A stretch of 64,000 nucleotides of DNA from Thermoanaerobaculia bacterium (GTDB lineage Bacteria > Acidobacteriota > Thermoanaerobaculia > Multivoradales > Multivoraceae): NCBI GenBank assembly GCA_963664405.1, contig OY761158.1, positions 160,001-224,000 of the forward strand, read 5' to 3'. The notes beneath the pieces are model-generated. The model made no database searches. It saw only the letters and a program-made list of their open reading frames with translations, and was not told where the DNA came from. Below are positions 28,887 to 38,336 of this stretch, piece after piece; position 1 is the stretch's first letter, and every line of letters begins with the position of its first letter. Position numbers and translations under genes: made by a program.

Positions 28887-31317
28887 ACTTCGATTCAGTT
28901 CTCAGAGCCCGCGGAACCTCGGAAGCAGTGCGAAAACTCAGCTCGCCCTTCTCGATGCCAACAGAGATGGTGCCCACGTCAGCCTGCGCCTGCTGAATCA
29001 GGATGTCGGAGATCGCATCCTGAAGATACCTCTGGATCGTTCGTCGAAGCGGCCTAGCTCCGGTCGAGGGGTCGATTCCCGCCTTTTCGAGAAGCCACTC
29101 CTTCGCCGCCCCGTCCACTTCGACCCACATCTTCTTTTCAGCCAGGGTGGCGTTGAAGTCCTCGAGCAAGATATCGGTTATCAAACGAAGCTCTTCCGTA
29201 CCCAACGGATTGAAGACAATCACTTCGTCTACGCGGTTGATGAACTCCGGACTGAAGCTCCTTCGCAACTCGGAGAGTATCTCCTCTTCAATATGCTTGA
29301 AACTGTCATCTTCGTCCTCAGAGAAGCCCATCCTCCCACCGCGAAGCACCAGCTTGCTGCCGATATTCGAAGTGATGAGAATCAGGGCATTCTTGAAGTC
29401 CACATGGTTCCCGTAAGCGTCGGTGAGGGTGCCGTCCTCCAGGATCTGGAGCAAGAGATTACTGACGTCAGGGTGGGCCTTCTCGATCTCGTCAAACAGA
29501 AGCATCGAGTACGGCTGCCGGCGGATTCTTTCAGTCAGCTGACCGCCCTCTTCGTGCCCCACATACCCCGGCGGAGAGCCGATGAGCTTGGAAACAGCAT
29601 GCTTCTCCATGTACTCACTCATGTCGAAGCGCACCAGCGCGTCCTGGGTGCCGAAAAGAAACTCTGAGAGCCTGCGGGCCACCTCTGTTTTTCCGACGCC
29701 GGAAGGTCCCAGAAAGATGAAGGAGCCGACCGGGCGGTGAGGATCGGAGACTCCCAGGCGAGAGCGTCGGATGGCGCGACTGATGGCGCTGATCGCCCGA
29801 TCTTGCCCAACCACTCGCTTGCGGAGAATGTCCTCCATATTGGTCAGCCTCTCGACCTCCGCGCTCTTCAGACTCGCCAGGGGGATGCCCGTCCAGGAGG
29901 AGATCACTTCTTCAACATCCTCCGAGGTCACGGCCAAAATCCGCTCTTCGACCGCGAGCGAGCTGAGGTTCTCCAGATCCTCGCGCAGCTCGATCTCCTT
30001 TTCGCGAAGATAGACCGCTCTCTCAAAATCCTTCGCCGAGATGGCATCCTTCATCTCATGGACGACCTGTCGAATCTCCTGTTCGAGGCGCCGTAGATTC
30101 TGGGTATCGCGCGCGCGGCGGAGCTTCACTTTCGCCCCAGCCTCGTCGATCACATCGATCGCCTTGTCCGGCTGGTAGCGGTCACTGATATACCGGGTCG
30201 ATTGATAGATCGCCGCCCGCAGCGCTTCGTCTGTGTACTCGACCTTGTGGAAAAGCTCGTAGCGCTCCTTGAGACCCTCAAGAATCTCCAACGTTTCCTC
30301 GACGCTGGGCGGATCGATCTGGATTGCCTGGAAACGCCGAAGTAACGAGCGGTCCTTTTCGATGTACTTGCGATACTCCTTCAAGGTCGTCGCCCCGATG
30401 CAGGAGATTTCTCCTCTCGACAACGCCGGCTTGAGGATATTGGCAGCGTCCAAGGATCCCTCCGCTGATCCGGCACCGATCAGAGCATGGATCTCGTCGA
30501 TAAAGACGATGAGGTCGGGGCTTTCACGCAGCTCCTTGAGAATGCCCTTCAGCCTCTCCTCGAACTGGCCTCGATACTTGGTCCCCGCCACGATCAGCGA
30601 CAGATCGAGAGCGATCAGCCGTTTCTGCGCCAGCGAGACCGGGCAGTCCCCTCGGACAATGCGCTGCGCCAGCCCTTCGACGATCGCGGTCTTTCCGACT
30701 CCAGGCTCGCCAAGGAGGATGGGGTTGTTCTTGCTGCGGCGCGACAGAATCTGGACGATCCGCTCGAGCTCCTTCTGCCTGCCGATAAGCGGGTCGAAAG
30801 CGTCCTCAGCAACAAGGGCCGTCAGATCGCGCCCGTACTCGGAGAGAAAAGGAAGCTCTTTCTTCTGTTGCGAAACATCCTTGTCTTTGTTGATCCCCTG
30901 AACCTCTTCCCTCAGAGTGCCAACATCGAAACCGTACTGACGCAAAATTCGCATGCCGAGGCAGCCCTCGACCCGGAGGATGCCTATAAGCAGGTGCTCG
31001 GAGCCGACCGCCGGATGCGTCATCGTTTCCGCCTCGTGCGCGGCAAAGGCGAGCACCTTCTTCGACTCTTCCGACAAGGGGAGCTCAGCCGTCGAGGAGA
31101 TCCGCTCAACGAAGACGCGCTCACCCTCGATCTCACGCCGGATCTCATCCGGCTTTACGTGCAGGCGGCGGAACAGCTCGCTGGTGGTGTCCTCGCCCTC
31201 TCGCAAAATACCGAGCAGGATGTGCTCTGTCTCGATCACCCTGCTGCCCAGCTTGCTGGCCTCGTAGCGGGCGAAAAACAGGGCCCTGCGGGCCTTCTCG
31301 TTGTACTTCTCGAACAT
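28885..31317 (-). CDS. clpC: ATP-dependent Clp protease ATP-binding subunit (ClpC type)
   Basis: Clp N-domain (MFEKYNEKARR), two AAA+ modules (GEPGVGKT, GPSGVGKT), UVR linker and MGF loop. Start re-called to ATG 31317. Confidence 0.93.
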   Translation of the reverse strand: MFEKYNEKARRALFFARYEASKLGSRVIETEHILLGILREGEDTTSELFRRLHVKPDEIRREIEGERVFVERISSTAELPLSEESKKVLAFAAHEAETMTHPAVGSEHLLIGILRVEGCLGMRILRQYGFDVGTLREEVQGINKDKDVSQQKKELPFLSEYGRDLTALVAEDAFDPLIGRQKELERIVQILSRRSKNNPILLGEPGVGKTAIVEGLAQRIVRGDCPVSLAQKRLIALDLSLIVAGTKYRGQFEERLKGILKELRESPDLIVFIDEIHALIGAGSAEGSLDAANILKPALSRGEISCIGATTLKEYRKYIEKDRSLLRRFQAIQIDPPSVEETLEILEGLKERYELFHKVEYTDEALRAAIYQSTRYISDRYQPDKAIDVIDEAGAKVKLRRARDTQNLRRLEQEIRQVVHEMKDAISAKDFERAVYLREKEIELREDLENLSSLAVEERILAVTSEDVEEVISSWTGIPLASLKSAEVERLTNMEDILRKRVVGQDRAISAISRAIRRSRLGVSDPHRPVGSFIFLGPSGVGKTEVARRLSEFLFGTQDALVRFDMSEYMEKHAVSKLIGSPPGYVGHEEGGQLTERIRRQPYSMLLFDEIEKAHPDVSNLLLQILEDGTLTDAYGNHVDFKNALILITSNIGSKLVLRGGRMGFSEDEDDSFKHIEEEILSELRRSFSPEFINRVDEVIVFNPLGTEELRLITDILLEDFNATLAEKKMWVEVDGAAKEWLLEKAGIDPSTGARPLRRTIQRYLQDAISDILIQQAQADVGTISVGIEKGELSFRTASEVPRALRTESK

Positions 31318-31355
31318 CGATCCCAATGCCGTTGTAGTCGTCGTCGGTAGGCCTC

Positions 31356-32030
31356 TCAGGCCTTCAGCACACCTTCCTCGAGACGCCAAAGTTTAGCACA
31401 GCGCTTTGCCGCATCAGGGTTGTGGGTGGCCAGAATAGCTGTCATCCCATGCCGTTCTTGGAGCTCGACCAGAAGGTCGAGCACCCGGCGCCCGGTCGCA
31501 GGATCCAGATTTCCCGTCGGTTCGTCCGCCAACAACAGAGGCGGGCTCAGGGCCAGCGCTCGACACAGAGCGACGCGCTGCTGCTCCCCCCCTGAAAGCT
31601 GGTTGGGAAAGTGCTCGAGACGCTCTTCGAGGCCAACCTCTACAAGCAGAGCACGGCCCCGCTCGGTATTCTCAGTGGCGGGAAGACCAGCGATTCGTCC
31701 CGGGATCATGACGTTCTCGAGGGCCGTGAAATCGGGAAGCAATTGGTGAAACTGAAAGACAAAGCCGATGTTGCGATTCCTGAAACGTGCGAGGCGTCCA
31801 GCCGAAAGACTCCCTATCGCGGTCTCCCCGATGTGCACACTGCCTTGGTCCGGTTGATCGAGAGCACCGAGTAAATTGAGCAGGGTCGTCTTCCCGGAAC
31901 CGGACGGCCCGACAATCGACACCAGCTCACCGGCTTCGACCTCGAAGTCGACATTCTTCAGCACCTCGACCCGACGGGAGGCGTCGCGGTACTCCTTACA
32001 TAGGTTCCTGGCGCAAACGGCGAAGCTCAT
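31356..32030 (-). CDS. lolD: Lipoprotein-releasing ABC ATPase LolD
   Basis: GPSGSGKT, FVFQFHQLLPDFTALENV, LSGGEQQR and DEPTGNLD motifs. Start ATG 32030. Confidence 0.88.
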   Translation of the reverse strand: MSFAVCARNLCKEYRDASRRVEVLKNVDFEVEAGELVSIVGPSGSGKTTLLNLLGALDQPDQGSVHIGETAIGSLSAGRLARFRNRNIGFVFQFHQLLPDFTALENVMIPGRIAGLPATENTERGRALLVEVGLEERLEHFPNQLSGGEQQRVALCRALALSPPLLLADEPTGNLDPATGRRVLDLLVELQERHGMTAILATHNPDAAKRCAKLWRLEEGVLKA

Positions 32031-33232
32031 CGACGGAGCGCCTGTGCCGGGCTGAGTAGGCTCGCGCGACGCCCTGCCGAGCGCGCGGCAAGCAGAGTGA
32101 GAAGAATTGTCGAGCCGACGATGACCGACAAATCCTCCACCGGACGGAGCAGGAAGGGTACGAAATCGACGATATAGACCTGTTCCGGCAGGGCGATGAG
32201 TTGATAGCGATCGAGGGCCCAAGCGCTGACACAGCCCAGGGCTCCTCCGCCAAGAATGCCGGCGCCCGCCAGGATTCCACCCAGAATCATGAAGGTGCTT
32301 CTCATCTGCTCAGGTGCCATCCCCAAGGTGCCGAGCGCCCCTAGCTCGCGACGCTTGTTGGCGATGATCATCGCCAGCGACGACACCAGAGTCTGCGAGG
32401 CAACCAACACGATAAGAAAAACGCCAACGAACATCAACGTCTTCTCGAGCCGAAGCGCGAAAAAGAGCCCCCGATTGAGATCACGATAGCTGAGCACGCG
32501 GGCTCCCTCGGGCAGGCGCTCTCTCAACCCCTCCGCAACCCGCTCCACTGCCGCCGTCGGCAGATCGATATCGAGACGTCGATCGGTCCCCCAAAGCATC
32601 CCTTCTGCAGTCGCCAGGGGTAGGGCGATCTGGGTCTGAACACTCTCCGACCGACCTGCCGAGAACACTCCTACCACCGCCAACTTACGATTGCTCGGCA
32701 GCTGACGAGAGAAGGGCGTCATGGTCGGCCGAGGCGAAACGATGCGAACGCTCTCGCCAACAGTGAGGCCCCAACGCAGAGCGAGAGAGTCTGCGATGAA
32801 GAGCCCGGTCAAGGGCTGGCCCGCCGCTCCCGGAAACCATCTCGGCACCTCCCTCTCCAGCCCATAGAGCCGACAACCCTGGAGTCGTCCCTGATCTTCG
32901 ACCCAACCGCTACCCTCGAGAATGACCTGGGCTGAGCGCACTTCTTCATGGTCGAGCGCAGCCTGACGGACGCTCTCGACGTCGACGCCTGGCGGAATCT
33001 CCACTTGAAGTAATGGGCTCCGTGCCAAGACTCCCTCGAGCAGAGTCGCTTGAAACCCGGAGAGTGCCGACACCGCCAGGATGAGGGCCGCGACTCCGAG
33101 ACCGATGCCCCCGGCGGTAATCGTCGAGAGAAAACGGACACTCGCATCCTTTCGGGTGGATCGCGCGTAACGCAGGGCCAACAATAGGGGTACCGGCAGG
33201 TTCCAGAACCAGAGCGATCGAGGGCGTGGCAC
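32027..33232 (-). CDS. LolC/LolE family lipoprotein-releasing permease
   Basis: GIGLGVAALI...GFQ, a periplasmic domain, ALRLEK, an FtsX-like C-terminus and 'PAQALR'. Confidence 0.88.
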   Translation of the reverse strand: MPRPRSLWFWNLPVPLLLALRYARSTRKDASVRFLSTITAGGIGLGVAALILAVSALSGFQATLLEGVLARSPLLQVEIPPGVDVESVRQAALDHEEVRSAQVILEGSGWVEDQGRLQGCRLYGLEREVPRWFPGAAGQPLTGLFIADSLALRWGLTVGESVRIVSPRPTMTPFSRQLPSNRKLAVVGVFSAGRSESVQTQIALPLATAEGMLWGTDRRLDIDLPTAAVERVAEGLRERLPEGARVLSYRDLNRGLFFALRLEKTLMFVGVFLIVLVASQTLVSSLAMIIANKRRELGALGTLGMAPEQMRSTFMILGGILAGAGILGGGALGCVSAWALDRYQLIALPEQVYIVDFVPFLLRPVEDLSVIVGSTILLTLLAARSAGRRASLLSPAQALRR

Positions 33233-33303
33233 GCTCAGACCCTACCGCAGAAAGGGGGCCGGGCCGCGCCCGATCCTGGTTCGTTCACCGTAGAATAACG
33301 CCA

Positions 33304-34143
33304 ATGAACCCGCTCGCTGAGGAGCTCGAAACCGCCGTCCGCGACTGGGATGAGCGCGGTTGGCCTCGCCCCAATGCCGTCGTCGTCACCGGCTCGGCCA
33401 TCGAGGTAGACCTGGGAGAGCCCGTCGTTCCGGCATGCTCACTCGCCGAGATTCTTCCCTTCGAGATTCACGCCGTCGAGGGTCACACTCTCTCTGTCGA
33501 GCTCTATCGCCCACTGGAGAACCGCGTGACTATGTACCTTCGCGGCCGCCTCCACTGCTACCAAGGCTTCAACCCTCATCAGGTCGTCTTCGCACCAAGG
33601 CTCGGGGCCCTCCTCGGTGCGCAGACTCTGGTTCAGACCAACGCGGCCGGCTCACTCCGCCGAGACGTCGGTCCCGGCCGATTGGTGGCGATCCGAGATC
33701 ACATCAACCTGACCGGACTGAGTCCCCTGGTCGGAGAGCTCCCAGAGAGCTGGGGGCCTCGCTTCCCGCCCATGAACGAAGCTTACGCGGCGGATCTCAT
33801 CGAGATCGCCGCCGAGTGCGCACAGAAGGCCGGCCTCGACCTCGATCAGGGTGTCTACTCTTGGTTTCTCGGTCCCAGCTACGAGACTCCGGCCGAGATC
33901 CAGATGGCACAGCGTCTCGGCGCCGACCTGGTTGGGATGTCAACGGTCCCGGAGGTGATCGCGGCAAGGCAGATGGGTATGCGCTGCCTGGCGCTCTCAG
34001 TGGTCACCAATCTGGCTGCCGGGCTCTCCTCACGAGCTCCCAGCCATCAGGAAGTGGTGGCTGAAGGAGAGCGGGCGGCGGCAAGAATGCAGACTCTTCT
34101 GGGCGCTCTCGTCCGCCACCCCGATCTCTGCCCCCGGCGCTAG
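33304..34143 (+). CDS. punA: Purine-nucleoside phosphorylase (trimeric type)
   Basis: GRLHCYQG, TNAAG, DHIN, GPSYETPAE, VGMSTVPE and TN motifs. Start ATG 33304. Confidence 0.9.
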   Translation: MNPLAEELETAVRDWDERGWPRPNAVVVTGSAIEVDLGEPVVPACSLAEILPFEIHAVEGHTLSVELYRPLENRVTMYLRGRLHCYQGFNPHQVVFAPRLGALLGAQTLVQTNAAGSLRRDVGPGRLVAIRDHINLTGLSPLVGELPESWGPRFPPMNEAYAADLIEIAAECAQKAGLDLDQGVYSWFLGPSYETPAEIQMAQRLGADLVGMSTVPEVIAARQMGMRCLALSVVTNLAAGLSSRAPSHQEVVAEGERAAARMQTLLGALVRHPDLCPRR

Positions 34144-34204
34144 GAAGGTGTCCGAGTATTCGGCCTGAGCCGTTTTCCGGAGCGAATAGGAAGCAATGCC
34201 CTAG
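34140..34204 (+). repeat. CTAG-bounded repeat, family B copy 1
   Basis: CTAGGAAGGTGTCCGAGTATTCGG matches the minus strand of 61839-61862 at 21/24 positions. Both regions contain CCGTTTTCCGG. Confidence 0.6.
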
Positions 34205-34230
34205 TGCGCCGTCCTCGGCGCCAGAAGAAA

Positions 34231-34270
34231 CTAGCTTTCGGAAATGATATTCATCATTTTCGAAAGCTAG
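34231..34270. terminator. 18-bp AT-rich hairpin between convergent genes (possible bidirectional terminator)
   Basis: CTAGCTTTCGGAAATGAT-ATTC-ATCATTTTCGAAAGCTAG, with one G.T pair. Confidence 0.5.
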
Positions 34271-34938
34271 CCAGGCAGGAGATCGAGGAGGCCGACCGCG
34301 GTCTTCAAGATGTAGGCTGCAGCCGTCGACTCGAGCTCACTGCGGGTACTCGTTCCGGTCAGCACGCCCACGGTATGGACCCCGGCGGCGCGCCCGGCCT
34401 CGATGTCGATACGCGAGTCGCCGACGTAGGCAGCATCGGCGGGATCGAGGTCGAGCTTCTCGAGGCAACGAAGGACACTCTCCGGATGTGGCTTTCGTCG
34501 TTCCACATCTTCTCGCCCCACAATCGCATCAAAACACGGCCGGACGCCCCAGCGCTCGAGATGAGGCAAAGCTCGACCGGAGGATGTTGCGATCCCCAAT
34601 CGCACTCCACGGGCGCGCAGCCCATGAACCATACCGACGCAACCCGGAATGGGCTCGATGCTCTCGATCCCTCGCCGCCACATCGGCCCCCGCGTGCGCC
34701 GGATGCGCGAGAGGGTAGCTTCTACGTCCGGGTAGTCTGCTGGGAGCAGCTTTCGAAGCAGATCAGGATCACCACTTCCCATGAGCTCGCAAACCCGCTC
34801 TCGCGATGGGCAGGGGGCCTCCGCGAGCTCGGCGACCTCGCAGGCAATTCGGTAGTAGTACTGAATCGAATCCGCCAGCGTACCGTCCATGTCGAAGATG
34901 ACTCCGCGGACTCGCAGCTGAGAAGACTGCCTCGTCAT
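34267..34938 (-). CDS. HAD-superfamily hydrolase (phosphoglycolate phosphatase-like)
   Basis: FDMDGTL, ATSS, KPHP and YVGDS..D motifs. Start re-called to ATG 34938. Confidence 0.9.
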   Translation of the reverse strand: MTRQSSQLRVRGVIFDMDGTLADSIQYYYRIACEVAELAEAPCPSRERVCELMGSGDPDLLRKLLPADYPDVEATLSRIRRTRGPMWRRGIESIEPIPGCVGMVHGLRARGVRLGIATSSGRALPHLERWGVRPCFDAIVGREDVERRKPHPESVLRCLEKLDLDPADAAYVGDSRIDIEAGRAAGVHTVGVLTGTSTRSELESTAAAYILKTAVGLLDLLPG

Positions 34939-35066
34939 CGCCTCACCGCGGCCGCCGCAAACAACATGGACGTGAGCATACCGATCACAAGACTCTTGCC
35001 CAAGGCGTCTCAGCGCCTCAACCCTTCTTCGGCACAGAGGGAGCGCCACCCGCCATTGCTGCGATC

Positions 35067-38000
35067 TCAGGGCTTTCGGTCGACGAGGGTGTACACCGCG
35101 GGGATTACCAAGAGCGTCAATAGAGTGGAAGTCAGTAAGCCGCCGATCACGGTGAGAGCCATCGGAGTGCGCAGCTCGCTGCCCTCTCCAAGACCGATCG
35201 CCATCGGCAAGAGACCGAGAACCGTCGTGGCCGTCGTCATCAGGATCGGCCTCAAACGCACCTGGCCGGCCTGTTTCAGCGCCTCGATCTTGGCGAGCCC
35301 ACTGCGTCGCAGCTGATTGGTGTAGTCCACCAGAATGATCGCGTTGTTGACCACGATGCCGGCCAGGAGTATCGCTCCGATCATCACCACCACACTGACC
35401 CTGACCTCAAAGAGATAGAGAGTGAGGAGGACTCCGATGAGCGAGAAGGGAACGCTGAACAGGATCACCAGAGGGTGAATCAAGGATTCGAACTGGGATG
35501 CCATCACCAGATAGACCATGAACACCGCCAGTACGATCGCCAGCCGCATCGAATCGAAGGAGGTCTCCATTTCCTGGCGCTGGCCGCCGAGCTCCCAGTC
35601 GAAGCCTAGAGGGAGGTCCAGGCCCCGTAGTACCTCTTCAATGTCCTCTGATGCGGATCCCAGGTCTCGACCGATGAGATTGGCGGTGATCAGCGCGACC
35701 CGGGTTCCTTCGGCACGCCGTATCTCCGCCGGACCCTCGGTCTCCTCTACTTCCGCGACTGCCGCCAGTGGAATCGCAGTCGTCGAGCCACTATTGATAT
35801 TGAGATTGCGCAGGTCGCGGACGCTGTCGCGAAAACGCTCCTCGGCGCGGAGACGGATGTCGATCGTGCGGTCATCCCTGGTGATATCCGTCACTACCTC
35901 GCCCTGGACCTTAGCCCTGATCAGCTCAGCGACTTCGCTGACATTCATGCCGAGGGCAGCCAACCGGTCGCGGTTGAAGCGAATCTGCAGCTCGGGATTA
36001 CCGCCCTCGGTAGACGACTTGACATCTGTCAAACCGGAGATTTTCTGCATCTGGGTGACGGCCTGAGCAGCGAGGCGCTCGAGGAGCTTGAGGTTGTAGC
36101 CCTGGATCTCGACCTCTATGGGGGTCCTGAAGCTGAAATAGGACGGACGGCCAAAGCGATACTTGAGCGCGGCGCCGGGTGCGGAAGCAGAGAAACCGGC
36201 AGTCGACGGGTCGATCGCATCTTTGGCGGCAAACTCGGCGGTGCGACGGAGGCGCTCCGCCTCCTGGTCCAAGCGTGCGCGCAGCTCCTCGATCACTTCT
36301 TCTTCACGCTCGCGAGAGAGTGGCGGAACCAGACGTACCGTCATCTGCGCAATATTCTCGCGCAGCTCTCCAGACACACCACCCTGCTCGTTCGACGTAC
36401 CGACGATGCTGTAGACGACTTCGACATCGTCCAAGCCGCGGGCAAAGCGCTCGATGTCGGCCATCACTGATTGAGTCACCTCCAACTGCGTTCCCGGAGG
36501 CAATTCGGTATCGACAAAGAACTCGCCCTGGATCAGCTCGGGGATGAGCTCGGTGCCGAGTTTCGGGTACAGAGTCAGGGTCCCTGCAAAAATCGCCAGG
36601 GTCACGAAGACCAGAAGCGCGGGCGCCTTGAATACCGCAGAAAGAGCTCCGACGTAGATCTTGGTCAGGCCGACGAGCCCGAAGTCGAAGACGGCCAAAA
36701 TGGGGCGCAGAAGCAGCGACATGAGATTTCCGACCGCTTGGACAACGAGCTTGATGAGCTTGACCGGAGCCAAGACGACATAGAACACGAGGTCCCCCAG
36801 CTTTGAAAAGAGGGGCTGCAAACGTCCCTGCGGTCCGTCGCTCTCCTCGCTCTCCTCGGCGGAAGGGTCGAAGTGGCGCGAAGCGAGCATAGGTATGGTC
36901 GTCAAGGCGACGAAGAGCGAGACCAGAAGGGAGAAAGTCACCGTCATGGCCTGATCGCCAAAGAGCTGACCCGCAATACCCTCGACAAACACGATGGGTA
37001 CGAAGACGCAGACCGTCGTCAGAGTCGAGGCAATGACGGCCGAACCGACCTCGCTGGCGCCGTTGTGTGCCGCCTGAAGCTCCGACTGACCCTCGTCCCG
37101 CTTTCGCTGGATCGCCTCGAGAACCACGATCGAGTTGTCGACAAGCAAGCCTATGCCGAGTGTCAGCCCGCCGAGAGACATGATGTTGAGCGAGATGCCG
37201 AAGCTGAACATGAGGAAGAACGTGGCCACTACCGACACGGGAATCGAGATGCCGATGATCGCGGTGGTCTTGACGCTGCGTAGGAAGAGATAGAGGACGA
37301 AAATGGCGAGGCTGCCTCCGATGACGGCCGTCCGGAGCACCTCTTCGACCGACTGCCGGATGTAGCCGGCCTGATCCGTAACCTTCTCGAGGCGGAGGTT
37401 CGGATTTACTTTGACCAACTCTTCCCGTAGCTCGTCGAGGGTTTCGAGAACCTCGTTAGCCACGGTAACGGTATTGGTGCCGCCCTCCTTGAAGATCGCG
37501 ACTTCCACCGTCTCCTTGCCGTCGATGCGAGTGATGATCTCGCGCTCTTTACTCCCCTTGTAGACCCTGGCGACATCGGAGACTCGAATGATCGCGCCCT
37601 GCGAGCGATCCAAGACGATGTCGTTCATATCCTCGGCGCGCAGGAACTCATTGATCGTGCGTACCAGGTACTCGGTCTGGCCGTCGCGAAGGCGGCCGCC
37701 GGTGAGGTTGACGTTCTCCTGTGCCAAGCGGCCGATCACCTGCTGCACACTGAGTCCCAGATTGGCCAGACGGCGCTCGTCGATCTCGACCTGAATCTCC
37801 TCTTCGAGTCCGCCGGAGACGATCACCGCGGCGACACCCTCGATGCGCTCGAGCTTGCGCTTCACGTCTTCTTCCGCGACCAGACGTAGGCGCACGAGAT
37901 CATCGTCTCCAAACAGTCCGATCCGCAAGATCGGGTCGAGCGAGGGGTCGTAGCGCAGCAGTATCGGCCGTTCCGCTTCCAAGGGGAGATTCACCAGATC

Positions 38001-38336
38001 GAGGCGCTCGCGAACATCGAGGGAGGCGAAGTCCATGTCGGTGCCCCAGGCGAACTCCAGCGTCACCTCGCTCATATCCGGGCGCGAGCTCGACGTCACC
38101 TTGACGACGTTGTTGACCACCCCCACCGCCTCTTCGATCCGTCGAGTGATCAGCCCCTCGACCTCGATCGGCGCGGCCCCTTCGTACTCGGTCCGCACCG
38201 AGAGCGACGGGTAGGTGATATCCGGCAACAGGTCGACGGCGAGATCGTCAAATGCCACCAGGCCGAAGACCACCGCCGCCAGCGCGAAGATGAAGACGGT
38301 GACCGGGCGCCGGATCGAAAAGTCTACGAGCTTCAC
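35067..38336 (-). CDS. RND efflux permease (AcrB/SwrC-like), subunit A
   Basis: RRPVT, DLLP, GLLVDNSIVV, GIVVNNAI and RLRPILMT motifs; 12-TM RND layout. Confidence 0.95.
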   Translation of the reverse strand: MKLVDFSIRRPVTVFIFALAAVVFGLVAFDDLAVDLLPDITYPSLSVRTEYEGAAPIEVEGLITRRIEEAVGVVNNVVKVTSSSRPDMSEVTLEFAWGTDMDFASLDVRERLDLVNLPLEAERPILLRYDPSLDPILRIGLFGDDDLVRLRLVAEEDVKRKLERIEGVAAVIVSGGLEEEIQVEIDERRLANLGLSVQQVIGRLAQENVNLTGGRLRDGQTEYLVRTINEFLRAEDMNDIVLDRSQGAIIRVSDVARVYKGSKEREIITRIDGKETVEVAIFKEGGTNTVTVANEVLETLDELREELVKVNPNLRLEKVTDQAGYIRQSVEEVLRTAVIGGSLAIFVLYLFLRSVKTTAIIGISIPVSVVATFFLMFSFGISLNIMSLGGLTLGIGLLVDNSIVVLEAIQRKRDEGQSELQAAHNGASEVGSAVIASTLTTVCVFVPIVFVEGIAGQLFGDQAMTVTFSLLVSLFVALTTIPMLASRHFDPSAEESEESDGPQGRLQPLFSKLGDLVFYVVLAPVKLIKLVVQAVGNLMSLLLRPILAVFDFGLVGLTKIYVGALSAVFKAPALLVFVTLAIFAGTLTLYPKLGTELIPELIQGEFFVDTELPPGTQLEVTQSVMADIERFARGLDDVEVVYSIVGTSNEQGGVSGELRENIAQMTVRLVPPLSREREEEVIEELRARLDQEAERLRRTAEFAAKDAIDPSTAGFSASAPGAALKYRFGRPSYFSFRTPIEVEIQGYNLKLLERLAAQAVTQMQKISGLTDVKSSTEGGNPELQIRFNRDRLAALGMNVSEVAELIRAKVQGEVVTDITRDDRTIDIRLRAEERFRDSVRDLRNLNINSGSTTAIPLAAVAEVEETEGPAEIRRAEGTRVALITANLIGRDLGSASEDIEEVLRGLDLPLGFDWELGGQRQEMETSFDSMRLAIVLAVFMVYLVMASQFESLIHPLVILFSVPFSLIGVLLTLYLFEVRVSVVVMIGAILLAGIVVNNAIILVDYTNQLRRSGLAKIEALKQAGQVRLRPILMTTATTVLGLLPMAIGLGEGSELRTPMALTVIGGLLTSTLLTLLVIPAVYTLVDRKP

